64,000 bases of DNA, taken from contig NC_043002.1 in NCBI RefSeq assembly GCF_006345805.1, positions 108,128,001-108,192,000 of the forward strand. The letters run 5' to 3'. Positions 25,163-38,320 of the stretch are shown piece after piece. The DNA comes from Octopus sinensis. Its lineage: Eukaryota. Every line of letters starts with the position of its first letter. Position 1 is the first letter of the stretch. A program made the position numbers and the translations under genes. The notes beneath the pieces were generated by a model. The model ran no database searches and was not told the origin of the DNA. It saw only the letters and a program-made list of their open reading frames with translations.

Positions 25163-25804
25163 ACTAGCAGTTGCTCGGGTTTGTTTTGACCCTTTAGAAT
25201 TGGAATTTTTGAAAAGTGAAAATGTTGCATTATGTAGCTTGTTATTCTCTTCAAGTGAACATTTTTCTGGTTGAAATACACCGAAAAATGGCGACACAGC
25301 AGTCAAAAAATCGTAAAAAATAGGGATTTTCATAGAAAAAAAGCACCTTTTTGATGTAAATAATTTTTGGTGTTAACATGGTCCGATTTGAATTTTTTTT
25401 CGGCAATCTTACGGTTCTAGTATACTTTACGTCAACTGACCACGCGTATTTGTTTATATATGATCGTCGATTTCCGTAAAAACCTTTTATTTTTTTACAT
25501 TTATTTTGTTACATATGGGGTTGGGTGGGGAAATGGGATCTTTGGGGTTTCCCCCCAACCCCATATGTAAAAAAAATAAAAGGTTTTTACGGAAATCGAC
25601 GATCATATATAAACAAATACACGTGGTCAGTTGACGTAAAATGTACTAGAACCGTAAGATTGGCTTTTTTTCTTCTACGGAAGGAAGAGCAAGCCTTCTT
25701 CTATCATACTCTCAATTTTGGTCAACTTGCGCCGCAGGAGATAGTGTTAGTTGAAGGCTACCAAACCTGCCATACACAGACAACTTCAGCTTTATATATA
25801 GAGA
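25163..25804 (-). mobile_element. Non-autonomous Helitron interrupted by a MITE
   Basis: minus strand begins tctctatatataaagctgaagttgtc (similar to the other Helitrons) and ends cccgagcaactgctag. Confidence 0.7.
25402..25664. mobile_element. Foldback MITE with 8-bp TSD
   Basis: ggcaatcttacggttctagta...tagaaccgtaagattggc; TSD tttttttc at 25394-25401 and 25665-25672. Confidence 0.8.
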
Positions 25805-26361
25805 GATTTCATTAAAAAAAAAAAACATTTTCCTAAAAATTATGAGGGAAAAACTCGGATCTTGTGAATTTTCCAAAAGCCCTCTCCCCACCACCGTTGC
25901 TTTGCGCGCATTTTTGCTTTCATATTCGTTTCATACACATTTTTTTACACCCGTTGCACTAGTTTCTTTTTTGTCTTCGTTTCCGGGTAATAATGTAAAC
26001 ATTAACTTAGGATAAATGTTGTTAGTGTCATTTCTTTTTGTAAGGTGATGTTTAAGGTTATTTGAGGTTTGGCTGCTATGTCTAGCAGGTCAAGCAGCTG
26101 TGTAAAAGAAGTTCTTTGTTAGTGTTTATCTTCAAATGGTCCCTGACTAAGTAGAGTTATGATCAAAGGTAATTCCAACCATGGCAATCCAGTTTTTCCT
26201 TCACAAACAACATACCCAGATTATACGTTAGCTAATGTGTCGTTTATATTTTAAGGTAAGATTTTGATTTAGGAAGGTTTGGCTGCTATGTCTAGTAGAG
26301 CGGGACTCCCTGGTTTGGCTTGTTTCTTTCATTTTATTTAATAATAATTCCCCTTTCATTT

Positions 26362-27082
26362 AAAATTCCGCCGAGGTCGACTTTGCCTTTCATCCTTTCG
26401 GGGTCGATTAAATAAGTAACAGTAAATCACTGGGGTCGATATAATCGACTTAATCCCCTTGTCTGTCCTTGTTTGTCCCCTCTGTGTTTAACCCCTTGTG
26501 GGTAGTAAAGAAATAGAAATAGGTATTTCGTTAGCCTTTCATCCTTTCGGGGTCGATTAAATAAGTACCAGTAAATCACTGGGGTCGATATAATCGACTT
26601 AATCCCCTTGTCTGTCCCCTCTGTGTTTAGCCCCTTGTGGGTGGTAAAGAAATAGGAATAGGTATTTCGTTAGCCTTTCATCCTTTCGGGGTCGATTAAA
26701 AAAGTACCAGTAAATCACTAGGGTAGATATAATCGACTTAATCCCTTTGTTTGTCCCCTCTGTGTTTAGCCCCTTGTGGGTAGTAAAGAAATAGAAATAG
26801 GTATTTCGTTAGCCTTTCATCCTTTCGAGGTCGATTAAATAAGTACCAGTAAATCACTAGGGTAGATATAATCGACTTAATCCCCTTGTTTGTCCCCTCT
26901 GTGTTTAGCCCCTTGTGGGTAGTAAAGAAATAGAAATAGGTATTTCGTTAGCCTTTCATCTTTTCGGGGTCGATTAAATAAGTACCAGTAAATCACTGGG
27001 GTAGATATAATCGACTTAATCCCCTTGTCCGTCCTTGTTTGTCCCCTCTATGTTTAGCCCCCTGTGCGCAATAAAGAAATAA
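26362..27082 (+). repeat. Five-unit tandem array (~139-149 bp) of the SINE C 3' half
   Basis: gcctttcatc starts at 26385, 26534, 26673, 26812, 26951; flanked by ataa(t/c)tcccctttcatt. Confidence 0.9.
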
Positions 27083-27788
27083 ATAACTCCCCTTTCATTC
27101 CAACACCACTTATATGAATGAAACTTCTGCTCTTTAAGTGCTTATATTAAAATTAAAATTTCCTACCAAAAGTTTCTGTTAGCATCTTCTCTTTCTTTGT
27201 AAATTATTTTCCAAACACCAACTTATTAATGAAATAGTTTATTTTAATAAATCTTTCGGAATTTTTGCTTATTTTCAAAATGAATTTAAGTAGCAGGCAG
27301 TTGTATTTCAAGAGAAATATAATGACGAAAGGGATAAAATTGTTTTCACGGCCATTATCTTTGGAGTTTAAATGAAAATGGTGAAAGTTCAGACCGAATT
27401 TCTTGCAGGGCAGCGAAATAAAGTATCAATGGAAAACAAAACAAAAAGGAAAAAACATCGTAAAAACTCGAAAATCTGCGTCGCCTGAAGTTTCTTCGGG
27501 TTATTGTTGTGGTTTTGGTTGTCTAGCCCTGAACTTAGACCAAACTTAGAATTAAAAGAATTCCAGCCGTGATCATCCCTACGTTGTTTCTTGTTTCATA
27601 CGATTTCGCTACTATTTCTAGCAGTCGTTACAGCTGCCTAAAGCCTCTCTTGTTTGGTCATAAATGATTAAATGAATGAGTGACAATAGGAACGGCGAAA
27701 ATACATAACAGAAAAAAAAAGTTCATTATTTTGGCGAGGAAAAAAAATGCCACATTTTATTTTAAATACCACAAATAATAGAATAATT

Positions 27789-28206
27789 GGCGATCTTTCG
27801 TCTCTAGTAGACCTTTCCGTCGATTTCCGTAAAAATTTTTTTTTTTTACATATGGGCTTGCGGGAACTTTTGAAGTAATATACATACATATACACATACA
27901 CCGAGTAAAAAATTTCAGTTATCTCTTTCACACATTACTCTGTCTCTTCACACACACTAACAGAAGCACTTCACTTACACAACATACTGTCTGTCTCCCA
28001 CATCCCATCAAACACACACACACACACATGTACATCAATGCTTCCCCTGGACGGTAACTTCAAAAGAACTTCCCTCGTCATACAATCGCCTTCTCTTAGT
28101 CTCTTTCGCTCTCATTACTTCAAAAGTTCCCGCAAGCCCATATGTAAAAAAAATAAATTTTGTTACGGAAATCGACGGAAAGGTCTACTAGAGACGAAAG
28201 ATTGCC
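27789..28206. mobile_element. Related MITE with ~90-bp TIRs and 8-bp TSD
   Basis: ggcgatctttcgtctctagta...tactagagacgaaagattgcc; TSD gaataatt at 27781-27788 and 28207-28214. Confidence 0.85.
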
Positions 28207-29012
28207 GAATAATTAAATAAATAATAAATTTCAAGTCACTTATTTACTGACAAAACACATTGACAATCCATCTTGTTTATACAGAGGTATTATATTAGCC
28301 CAACTTAATTTTATATACTATGGTATTTGGGAAGAGAATCACGCTTTATTCAATAACTTAAAGTAAACTATAAAAGGCAAGGTATAATACATAAAACAAG
28401 GTATAAATCAGTTTATTGTAGTTTTCTTGAGACTTTGTCTTGTAACTCTGGATTCTAGTGACATAAACGTTTTTACAGTCAATAAATTAACAGGTTTGAT
28501 AGCAATAGTTCTTTCTATTTTTGTATCATAAAAATAAAACCCTGTCAGACCTTCTTCATATATCAACGAAATAACGAAAGATAATGACACGAACGCCATT
28601 AAATGTTCTAAAGAAACAAAATAAGAATATTTCACGTGTGATCCATTTATTATTGTAGTAGTAGTAGTAGCAGCAGCAGTAGAAGAAGAAGAAGAAACGG
28701 TTCACTACCTTTGGTGTGTGTTACTATAATAGTAATTGTTTAAAGTTTTGGTACAGATCCAGCAATTTTGGGGAGGAAAAAGTCAATTACATCGACTCCA
28801 GAGCTCATCTGGTACTTATTTTATCAACCCCCAAAGGGTGAAGGGCAAAGTTGACCTCGGCAGAATTTGAACTCAGAACGTAAAGACAGACGAAATGACG
28901 CTAAGTATTTTGTCCGGCGTGCTAATGATTCTGCCGAACAGTTGGTTGATTTCTCTAGCCACACTTCACAACGTACAGAGAGGAGGATAATAATAAACCT
29001 TTTCTATAATGT

Positions 29013-30144
29013 TAATCAATAAAGCCACCTTCAGCTTCAACAACTGCGTGTAGATCTAAATTATCTACATGCTCGAATCAAGTGGTCCTTGTTCATTTTG
29101 GACATTACTCTGACTAAGGCAGCTTTCAAAGAATCTTTGGTGTTATGGGCGTGTTCATTGACCTTTCTCTCTCAACAATGATCCACATGTAATAGTCCAA
29201 TGGATTGAGATCTGAAGAATTAGGAGACCAAATGTTAGGGGTTATGTGATCACGAAAATTTTCAGCCATCCATTCCTGTGTTACTAGAGCCATGTGTGAT
29301 AGTGCAGAGTCTTACTGAAGCACATATGGCCTTCCATTGCATACACTATCTAGCCAGGGCTTAACAAATATTTCCAGGACCTCAATGTAGGCGGCAGACT
29401 TAACTCTAAAGTCTTGTGGAAAGAAGTAAGGAGGCATCACATGTCTTTCATTGCTGACAACCCCTAAAACCATGACAGTTACAGGAAATTTTGTATGCAT
29501 AACACTTGGAACTTCAGAAGGGTCTGCACATAACCATCTGTCATTTCTTCTGTTAACTTTTTGAACTTAATCAAAGTTTTTTTTCACTTGAGAATAACCA
29601 AATCAAATCTTCTGCTGCTGGATTTTGCAGTTTGTTTAAGTGCCTTTTAGATCTAATGTAGTGATTTGCTTTTACATTTTCTGACAAATTGACCTTTCCT
29701 CATCGTATAAGACTTATATCTGATGTCTTTATGGACAACATTTCCTTCTGATACATGGAGATCTTTTGCAATTGACCTCATAGACTTTCTGGGATTGTAA
29801 TCAATGGTCTGTTAAACTTGTTGGATAAAATCGGGTGTTCTGATGATTTCAGAGCATTTAGAATGCTTTTTATGCTTTGGTATTGGTGATATGTTTCCAT
29901 TTTCAATCTCTAACTCCTTACAAACTTTGTATACAAAAGATCTGACAACTTTTAAAAATCGAGATATTTCTAAATCGCTATGCTCAGCCTTTATAACCAC
30001 AATAACAGCATGCCTCATCATTTCTTGAGTAAGGCGAGGGTCTGCCATTATTATTCTCTGAAACAATGATTATACAGAATAAGCTAAAAATGCAGCAATG
30101 ACACAAAAAAGGTATGTCCCCAAATACCTTACACACCCTGTATA
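29013..30144 (-). mobile_element. Degenerate Tc1/mariner transposon, maT (DD37D)-like
   Basis: HTH-like N-terminus (29812-30066), KFPVTVMVLGVVS...MPPYFFP...KPWLDSVCNGRPYV, *DSA, WSPNSSDLNPLDYYMW; TA-CAGGGTGT terminus at 30144. Confidence 0.8.
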
Positions 30145-30498
30145 GTCAAAATGCTTGCGTCTGGAGAGCCTTTGATCATAGGTTTATTCAATCAATGCTG
30201 AACTTTTTAAACTCTGCTCTTGGCGGAGGGGGACAGAACAAAAAAAAAAAAAAAACGTTGCTTCACCCCAGGTAAAGCCATGATGGAGCAAACCTATGCC
30301 TCACATTTTGTTGTAACCATTCCATCTTTTGAATATTATGGACTACATTGTCCGAAGTGTGCTTTTTTTTAAAGATGGTAGGCTATGATTGAAGGAGATT
30401 TGGCTGCTATATGGCACAAATAACTATTTTATACAAAGATTCCCAACATAAGGAGAAAGAAAGGAACTTAAAAGTGATTCTCTCCCTTTGGTAGTGTG

Positions 30499-30547
<49 letters not shown>

Positions 30548-31018
30548 AAAAATTATATATAAAATTTACAAAAGGGGACAAGAACGCAAACCACACAAAG
30601 AGACAACACAAAAAAAACAGACAGGTCATTCGAAGCCTCTAATCTTCAGTCAGGAACCGGATCATCTTAGCAATTTCGGCTGATTAATCCTGATATCGCT
30701 CCGATCCAGCCAGCCCCAATGAAAAACTAAGCTCTGAGCATTAGATTTCTTGGAAAAAGGATCGAATGTATACGAAACAAGGACAGAAAACCGGACGATG
30801 CCACACGAATATAAATACAAGAAACAAAAAATAAAAATAAAAAACAAGAATAGTAATAACAGGACAGCGGGAGTCATATATATATATATATATATATACA
30901 CACACTCTCTCTCTCTCTCTCTCTCTTCCTCCAAGTAGCAGTTCCCAGTAAACCAACCACATGTTTAAAATAAAGATAATTTCCCAAACCCAACCTGACT
31001 AGAGACTGTTCACTTTAC

Positions 31019-31129
31019 CTGGAATCAGATTGCTGGATTTCCGCCTTACCCGGCCACGTTTCTCAAGGTAGTCTGGTCCACTGATAGCATGACGTTTACC
31101 AGGATCAACATTCTCATTGTTGGCAACAT
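31019..31129 (-). CDS. PLEKHG1: PLEKHG-like exon after PH domain, phase 1-1
   Basis: ttttatag|AT GTT...CCA G|gtaaag; (Y)VANNENVDPGKRHAISGPDYLEKRGRVRRKSSNLIP; open, phase-compatible, GC-richer island. Confidence 0.85.
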
Positions 31130-31291
31130 CTATAAAATGATTAAACAGAAAAAAAGAGCTATATTTTCAAATATTCTTTTCAATGATTCCAACAGAGATA
31201 GAATTAATAATGGTAAACTAAAAGAAGCAGGAAAATAGTTGGTGTGACAAAAGAGTTAACCTTAAATTTAAAACTACTGTTAAGATTGTAC

Positions 31292-31675
31292 TGTGGCTGT
31301 GTGGTAAGGAACTTGCTTCCCAACTACATGGTTCAGGGTTCAATCCCACTGAGTGGCATCTTGGGCAAGTGTCTTCTACTATAGCCTCAGGCCAACCAAA
31401 TCTTTGTGAGTGGATTTGGTAGACAGAAACTGAAGGAAGCCTGTCGTGTATATATATATGTATATTTTTGTGTATTTGTGTCTGTATTTGTTCCCCGTCA
31501 CTTGACAACCAGTGTTGGTGTGTTTACATCCCTGTAACTTAGCAGTCCAGCAAAAGAGACTGATAGGAAGAAGTATCAAGCTTACAAAGAAAAAGTCCAG
31601 AGGACGATTTCTTTGACTAAAAGGCAGTGCTCCAGCATGGCCACTGTCAAAATGACTGAAACAAGTGAAATAAAA
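31292..31675 (+). mobile_element. SINE family A, diverged (others ~23435-23740, 46731-46870, 52548-52906, 61648-61880)
   Basis: same consensus. Confidence 0.8.
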
Positions 31676-32256
31676 AATATGTGTGTGTGTGTGTTTGCAT
31701 CTCCTTGTCTTGACATCACATGACAGTTGTAAACAACGTCTTACAAGCCATGCTATTTGTTTCCATGAAAACATGTCCAACCAAGAGGAAATATTGCCTT
31801 GCTTGGTAACAGGAAGAGCATCCAACATGGAAAATTGGCCTCAGCAAATTCCATCAGGCTCATGCAAGCAAGGTAAAGTGGACATTAAAATGATGATGAT
31901 GCAAATATATAGGTCATGTAAACCCAAAAGATCCAAAAATAAAGGGGTTGGATTCAGTCATTGAACTATAGCCGTACTAAGCCACGATTATTTTTAGTCA
32001 GTAATATGTATCAACCTCCTGTCATTATAGATTATTGGCAGAAAAATATTCCACCTTTTTTTTGGTTTTTATTGGTTGCTATTTATGGAATGGTTGAGTT
32101 GGCCTGCTTCGTTTTTGCATTTGGTTTGCAAGATTCTTGATGTAAATTTGTGTGTTGAAATAAATCTTGTCTTGGGAAGGTCATTACACCAATAATAACA
32201 ACACAGGTGCTGGCTCAATATCATTTTTTAATTATTAGTCAATTAGTCAAATATTT

Positions 32257-32640
32257 GGAAGCACTCCGTCGGTTATGACGACGAGGGTTCCGGTTGATCC
32301 GAATCAACGGAACAGCCTGCTCGTGAAATTAACGTGTAAGTGGCTGAGCACTCCACAGACACATGTACCCTTAACGTAGTTCTCGGGGATATTCAGCGTG
32401 ACACAGAGAGTGACAAGGCCGGCCCTTTGAAATACAGGTACAACAGAAACAGGAAGTAAGACTGAGAGAAAGTTGTGGTAAAAGAGCACAGCAGGGATCA
32501 CCACCATCCCCTGCCGGAGCCTATTGGAGCCTTAGGTGTTTTCGCTCAATAAACACTCACAACGCCCGGTCTGGGAATCGAAACCGCGATCCTATGACCG
32601 CGAGTCCGCTGCCCTAACCACTGGGCCATTGCGCCTCCAC
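32257..32640 (-). mobile_element. SINE family B with TSD (others 5320-5500, 34445-34808)
   Basis: TSD agtcaaatattt. Confidence 0.9.
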
Positions 32641-33785
32641 AGTCAAATATTTAACCAACAAACCAATCAATCATTTGTTTAATGTGTTGGTTAAACAATC
32701 AATCATCTGCTTGTTAAAGTCTATTCATCATTATTCGCGGCCTCTTCAATGACTTGCCTCTCTCTTCAAGGTCTGCCTCGAGACTATCTGAGAATTAGTC
32801 TTATGCCTGTGTGTATGCATGTTTGTATGTGCATATATAAATGTGTGTTTGCTAACAAGAGAAGAAAAGGGTGGGAGTAAACGAGTTTGCATGTGTGAAG
32901 ATCATTTAAAGAGATTTCTACATTCTGGCATTTAGTGTTATTCTAAAACAATATCTTCTGATAAATTAGTTTAATCTTCGATAATTATAGACCGAATTAT
33001 ATGCCACCCCAGCCTGTATTACATACAAAATTGTTGTCTGGATGAATTATTTCTGTTAGGTTTTGTCTATTGAATTTCATTAAGCTTACTGTTATATGAA
33101 ACCATAAGATAAAGTCACACCAATTCGTTAATAAGTCTCTAAAGAGTTTTGTAAATAATATGAAAGAATCAATACAGATATATAGAAGAGAAATTTTAGG
33201 TTTGAAGTTTTAAAGGATTATGAAATTTATTACAAAATGAAGGTCAAAATAACAAAAGATCATTGATAAAGAATAGAATAGAATTAGATGAAGAAGCTTT
33301 TGTCAGAAATAAAGTAAAAGATATTTGGAGATGTGGTGACATTGAAAAGAGGCAGCATCCAAAGTAAATGCTAAAATGAAACTTAAAATCAGAATAATGG
33401 AAGTAAGAATATGACAATGAATTCTGGCATCAGTCAGTATGGTTTGAAATCAGTGTGAAAGGATATCAAGAGGGCAAGAATTTGGGAAGGTTTTTGGGGA
33501 CAGTTTAGTTTGGATTTGTCTGTGGTATTCTTCAAACACAGAAAGTTGACTAGGATGTGTACATTGCAAAGTACTGTTGTTGTTGATGCGGTGATGGTGG
33601 TGGTATAGCCCATGGTTAGTTTTGGTAAAGAAGACCTAAGTCCTGCAATCAAACCATCAGTCAAATCATTGGACACAGTCTTCACTTCAAGCACTCCAGA
33701 TATAACGGCAAGAGGATTAAGCTTTACACTCTAATATGCTATAGATTATCTGATGGACTAAAATTTGGTAAGCACTGACGATCTA

Positions 33786-33975
33786 TATCATCATCATCAT
33801 CGTTTAACGTCCGTTTTCCGCGCTAGCACGGGTTGGACGGTTCGACCGGGGTCTGGGGAGCCAGGGGCTGCTCCAGGCTCCAGTCTGATCTGGCAGTGTT
33901 TCTACAGCTGGATGCCCTTCCTAACGCCAACCACTCCGTGAGTGTAGTGAGTGCTTTTTACGTGCCACCTGCACC
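33786..33975 (+). mobile_element. RTE 3'-end fragment (element on minus strand; further copies ~39955-40310, 50690-50900, 55695-55990, 58898-59115, 59720-59925)
   Basis: (CAT)n-gtttaacgtccgc...ctggatgcccttcctaacgccaacc shared with the 61885-62100 UTR. Confidence 0.8.
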
Positions 33976-35606
33976 ACCAACAATTAATCAAAGAATTCAC
34001 CATGAACACTGTAGAATCTGATAATGATTTCGCTCTTTGTCTAAGAATGTGGGAAGGAGGAAAAAACTGCTGTTGTGACTCAGGCTGGAAGCAGTAAAAA
34101 TATTCTAACTTGCCTCCAGCGCAAATGATGTTTTTTACCTATTTTCCTCATTCTCAAATGAAGAATAAAGTCTGAAACATTAGACTCTCTGTTCTTCACC
34201 TCTTTAATATGCGGTGACCAAGAATAGGAAATGTGGACATGTTAGGTTTTCTCCATTGTCTAAGTTAGTGTCTTCCTGAATGTGTATTCAAGGGTTGCTG
34301 GTAGTGAGCATAGACACAGCAGGCAAGGTAGATTTAGCCCACACAATTTAAAGAATTAATTTTAAAATAAAGGTTCTTTAATGCTTCAGCTAGAGTCTAC
34401 AGTTCATTTTGTTAATGGCTTAGTTATCAGGTCTTATTGTGGCACTCCATTGTTTATGATGACGAGGGTTCCAGTTGATCTGATCAACGGAACAGCCTGC
34501 TCGTGAAATTAACATGCAAGTGGCTGAGCACTCCACAGACACATGTACGCTTAAAGTAGTTCTCAGCATGACACAGAGTATGACAAGGCTGGCCCTTTGA
34601 AATACAGGTACAACAGAAACAGGAAGAAAGAGTGAAAGTTGTGGTGAAAGAGTACAGCGGGGTTTGCCACCACCCCCTGCTGGAGCCTCATATAGAGCTT
34701 TAGGTGTTTTTGCTCAATAAACACACACAATGCCCAATCTGGAAATTGAAACCGCAATTCTGTGACTGCGAGTCCGCTGCCCTAACCACTGGGCCACTGC
34801 ACCTCCACACTGGTCTTATAGGATGACAGTGAGAGAGAAGAAGAACCCATAATTGAAGGTTTATCCTCAACCAGAGACCCAGTTTGAATGCTTGCAATGG
34901 AATGGAGCATGATAAAGACAGTTCAAGGCCTAGTGGTGGCTTTAAACAGAATGAGGGACTTAAGCAGACCACCAAGGAACAATGCAGCCTTCTGCACAGT
35001 TGTGTTGATCCAATTTTACTTGCAAGGGCACAGTAGATTGAACAGGGTTTGAACCTGAAACATTTTGGTAGCTAAAGAAATAGCAGTCACATTGTCTCCA
35101 AATCAAACCATCTTAAATAAGGTCACATTAGGTATCATAGCCCTAAATGGGCTGGAATAACTTTGACTATAGCATTGGTCTACAAGGTCAGAGCTGATCC
35201 ATAGAGCAAGATAACAAAAAAACTGAATGTCTCCATATATAAGTCATGAGATGACAAAAAAAAAAGAAGAAAATTACAAACAAAAACTGCTTTCATCAGT
35301 GATGGTCCTTATTTCATTGGGAAGTCTATTGTAGTTGTTTGCGCTACCATATTTGCCAGATTCTAAGACACACACACACACACACACATGAAGGAGATAA
35401 CTATCTAAATTACAGTGATCTATAGTTTCAAACAATTTACTTATCTAATTTTCTGTCTCACAGAACATCAATGTTGTAAGAACGATTTTGCCTTTCATCA
35501 GGTTGAGCAGAAACAACAGAATTTAAGGCAAATTTTCATGTGGATATAAATTAGAAAATTGTTATAGCAAGCATTAATATATTTATCTATTTTTCTGATA
35601 ATAATA

Positions 35607-36055
35607 ACATTCATAGATACAGCTAAGGAAATGATTTTATTCTCAAACACAGGATAGTGCTAATAATAATAGCATAAACCGGATAAAATATCCATATTTT
35701 GCAGAAACATTTGTCAGCGGCCAGCCATGAGACTTGAACTCACATCCTTATGATTACGCATCAAGTGCTTTACCATTAAGCAAAAATTGCCAAAACAGCA
35801 AATTCTTCTGCAAATTTAGGATATATAACTCTAGCTTTATAAGACACTATCGTACATAAATTTGTTGTTTTGGGCAGTTTAGTTTAATGGTAAAGCACTT
35901 GACACGTAATCATATGGATGTGAGTTCAAGTCTCATGGCTGACTGCTGACAGATTTTTCTGCAAAATATGGATAGTTTATCCTGTTCAGGCTATATTATT
36001 AGCATTATCCTGTGTTTGAGAATAAAATTATTTCTTTATCGGTATCTTTCAATGC
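35607..36055. repeat. Foldback with a tRNA-Thr(CGT)-like module in each arm
   Basis: ~200-bp inverted arms around a ~50-bp spacer; tRNA-like folds at 35719-35791 (-) and 35873-35943 (+). Confidence 0.75.
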
Positions 36056-38073
36056 ATCTCAATGCTTCTAAAGCAAACTTTGTTGACTTTCAATGTAAGT
36101 TGAATTTAACCTACAATAGCATTCATGTTAATTTTAGAATTACTTATACCACTGCTTCTACTACTACTACTACTACTACAAAAAGGCAGAACTAATTGCA
36201 TAAAACTTGGTATGACTTGGCTTGTTCTCCCCAGCCATATCTGAACTTATTTAGCTACAGGGACTGACAACAAAGTAGTTAGAATCATAGCTGGTATACA
36301 TGTGTATGCGTGTATTAATGCATGTGTGTGTGTGGTTTTGTGAATGTATGTGTGTGTGTGGTTTTGTGAATGTATATGTGTGTGTAGGTTGGTGGGCGGG
36401 TGGGTGTCAATAACCACCTGTAACTTCTTTCTTAAGCACTCTGTGGTTCTGATGTCAAAAGGATGGACACATCAACTGAATACAAAATAATTTCAACACC
36501 TTAAACCAAATGATAGAAAAATAATCTTTTGTCATAAGTCTATCATGGAAAGAAAATGAGGAATGTATGAGGTTCATGCCTCACTCAAACAGACTGCTGA
36601 ACAAATTAACAATCCAAAGCAGTTGTAGCTAATTAAAACAGGTTTCTGATGAAATGCTATTATGATTGTTGTTTACAAAACTCGACCAAGATGAACTGGT
36701 GTAAAGAAGCTGGGCCTGATGATATGGATCTGAAGAAATTAAGGTTCCATTTTCTACTCCCACATCTTGGAACTTTGTCGCTCAAATATGAAATAAGTGG
36801 TACTGCTAGATTAAGACAATTCTGACCCACCTGTTGTGTGACCCTTTAACATTTTTCTATCCAATGTAATCCTTATTTATTCACATTGTTTTGAATTAAT
36901 TTTGCATTATCTTGTAGCTTTAAGATTTCAATGATGTGATTGTTTTTTCTTAGAATGACATTGTAGGGTAGGTGTGAGAGGACAGATCTGGTCAGATTGA
37001 ACATAAAACTGGGGGAATATTTTGACTGGATATGGTCAGTTTAAATGCCAAAGGGTTAACAAGGAAGGATATTGACATAACTTATAAATTTCACTTTTAT
37101 ATATTTCCTCTCCAAGAATGGTACAAAAGTCAAAATTTCAATATTCTAAACCCAACTAATAAAAATATTTTTTTAGGCCCAAGATTTTACAGAGAAACCA
37201 TTTCTATCTAACTTAGTCGCCTCTATTTAGCCATTTTACACTTATGGCTACTTGATATTTCAAATAGTGATTGCAAATAAGAAAAAGAAATTGTGTTTCA
37301 TAAGAACTTGAGCATGCAATTCTAAATAAAACATGCATAAATCAATGAATTTTAATATTTTGATGCTGGTGGAGGGCAAAGCAAAATAACACAATACACA
37401 GATCATGTAAAATAAAACATCATAGCAATTCTAAGAAAACATGCACCCAAGGGATTACGTGATTAGAAAACTTGTAAGCTCATACATGGAAACTTCAAAA
37501 GAGCATTTTATTCCAGGCACATGTGATTGATGGCATTAAACAGCATTCAAGAATATGGTACCAGCACAATCGGTCTACTAAAGCAGTTGTTAGTAGGACA
37601 CTAGTGAAAGAAGCAGCCAATTATATCAGAGTTTATTTAAGTATATACTAGAATATATAAGTAGCTTACAGTAACTAGCAAGATATATTCTTTAAGGGGG
37701 TTCTTTGATTTGCTGTTGGCAGGGCGTGAGCTCTGGCTGAAGTGACCCACTTCAAGGTGTATCTGAGCTCATATATAGTGAAATAGCATTACCCTAGTTT
37801 TATTTTTTCCTTAAATAATATTAAGATATGTAGAATGTTTGGTTGGAGTAAATAAGAGACCAATGGCTTGTGACAAGACAAGACATCTGCTTCAGTTTGT
37901 ATTTTCTTTGTGGTGGTATACTTCCTTACCTTGGCCCCTGTCTCACCTTCTAGAACCTCGCATGTGTAATACAATTATTTATAATATAAGCAATAATAAA
38001 TCTCTGAACGAGATGTAAACAGTAACTGCTCGACAACGTAAAGTATACAAGCCATCTCAATATGGCTAACCAC

Positions 38074-38320
38074 GAAAGATAAGAGAGTCCAGTTTGCTGG
38101 ACATTGTTGTAGAGCTGAAAAAGAGGTAATTTCTACTCTTCTCTGGAAGCCATCTACTCGCAATACCAGAGGGCGCACACTCTCCTACCCTGATGTAATC
38201 TCCAGGGATACAGGCATCCAGCAACAGGACCTCCGTAATGCCATGATGGACCATGAAGTCTGGCGTAGCATGGTAAATTCCACTGTCTCGACCACGGTCG
38301 AACAATGATGATGATGATGT
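38074..38320 (+). mobile_element. 5'-truncated LINE 3' end (same family as 12170-12470)
   Basis: near-identical to the reverse complement of 12190-12425; (TGA)n tail. Confidence 0.8.

Larger units (their letters stand above)
23943..26007. mobile_element. Large foldback-type element with subrepeated arms
   Basis: 23943-24330 is an inverted match to 24860-25160 plus 25810-26007; repeated ggactttcggaaaatt...ttttccttcataacttt module. Confidence 0.65.

Noticed and set aside
26362-27082. CRISPR-like appearance of the regular arrays here and at 48781-49224
   Set aside because: There are no unique spacers; the units are SINE-derived or plain minisatellite in a eukaryotic intron.
30610-30660. Second possible hammerhead (minus strand CUGAAGA...GAAU) in another dispersed repeat
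   Set aside because: GAAA core broken, and no convincing stem I or stem II in this copy.
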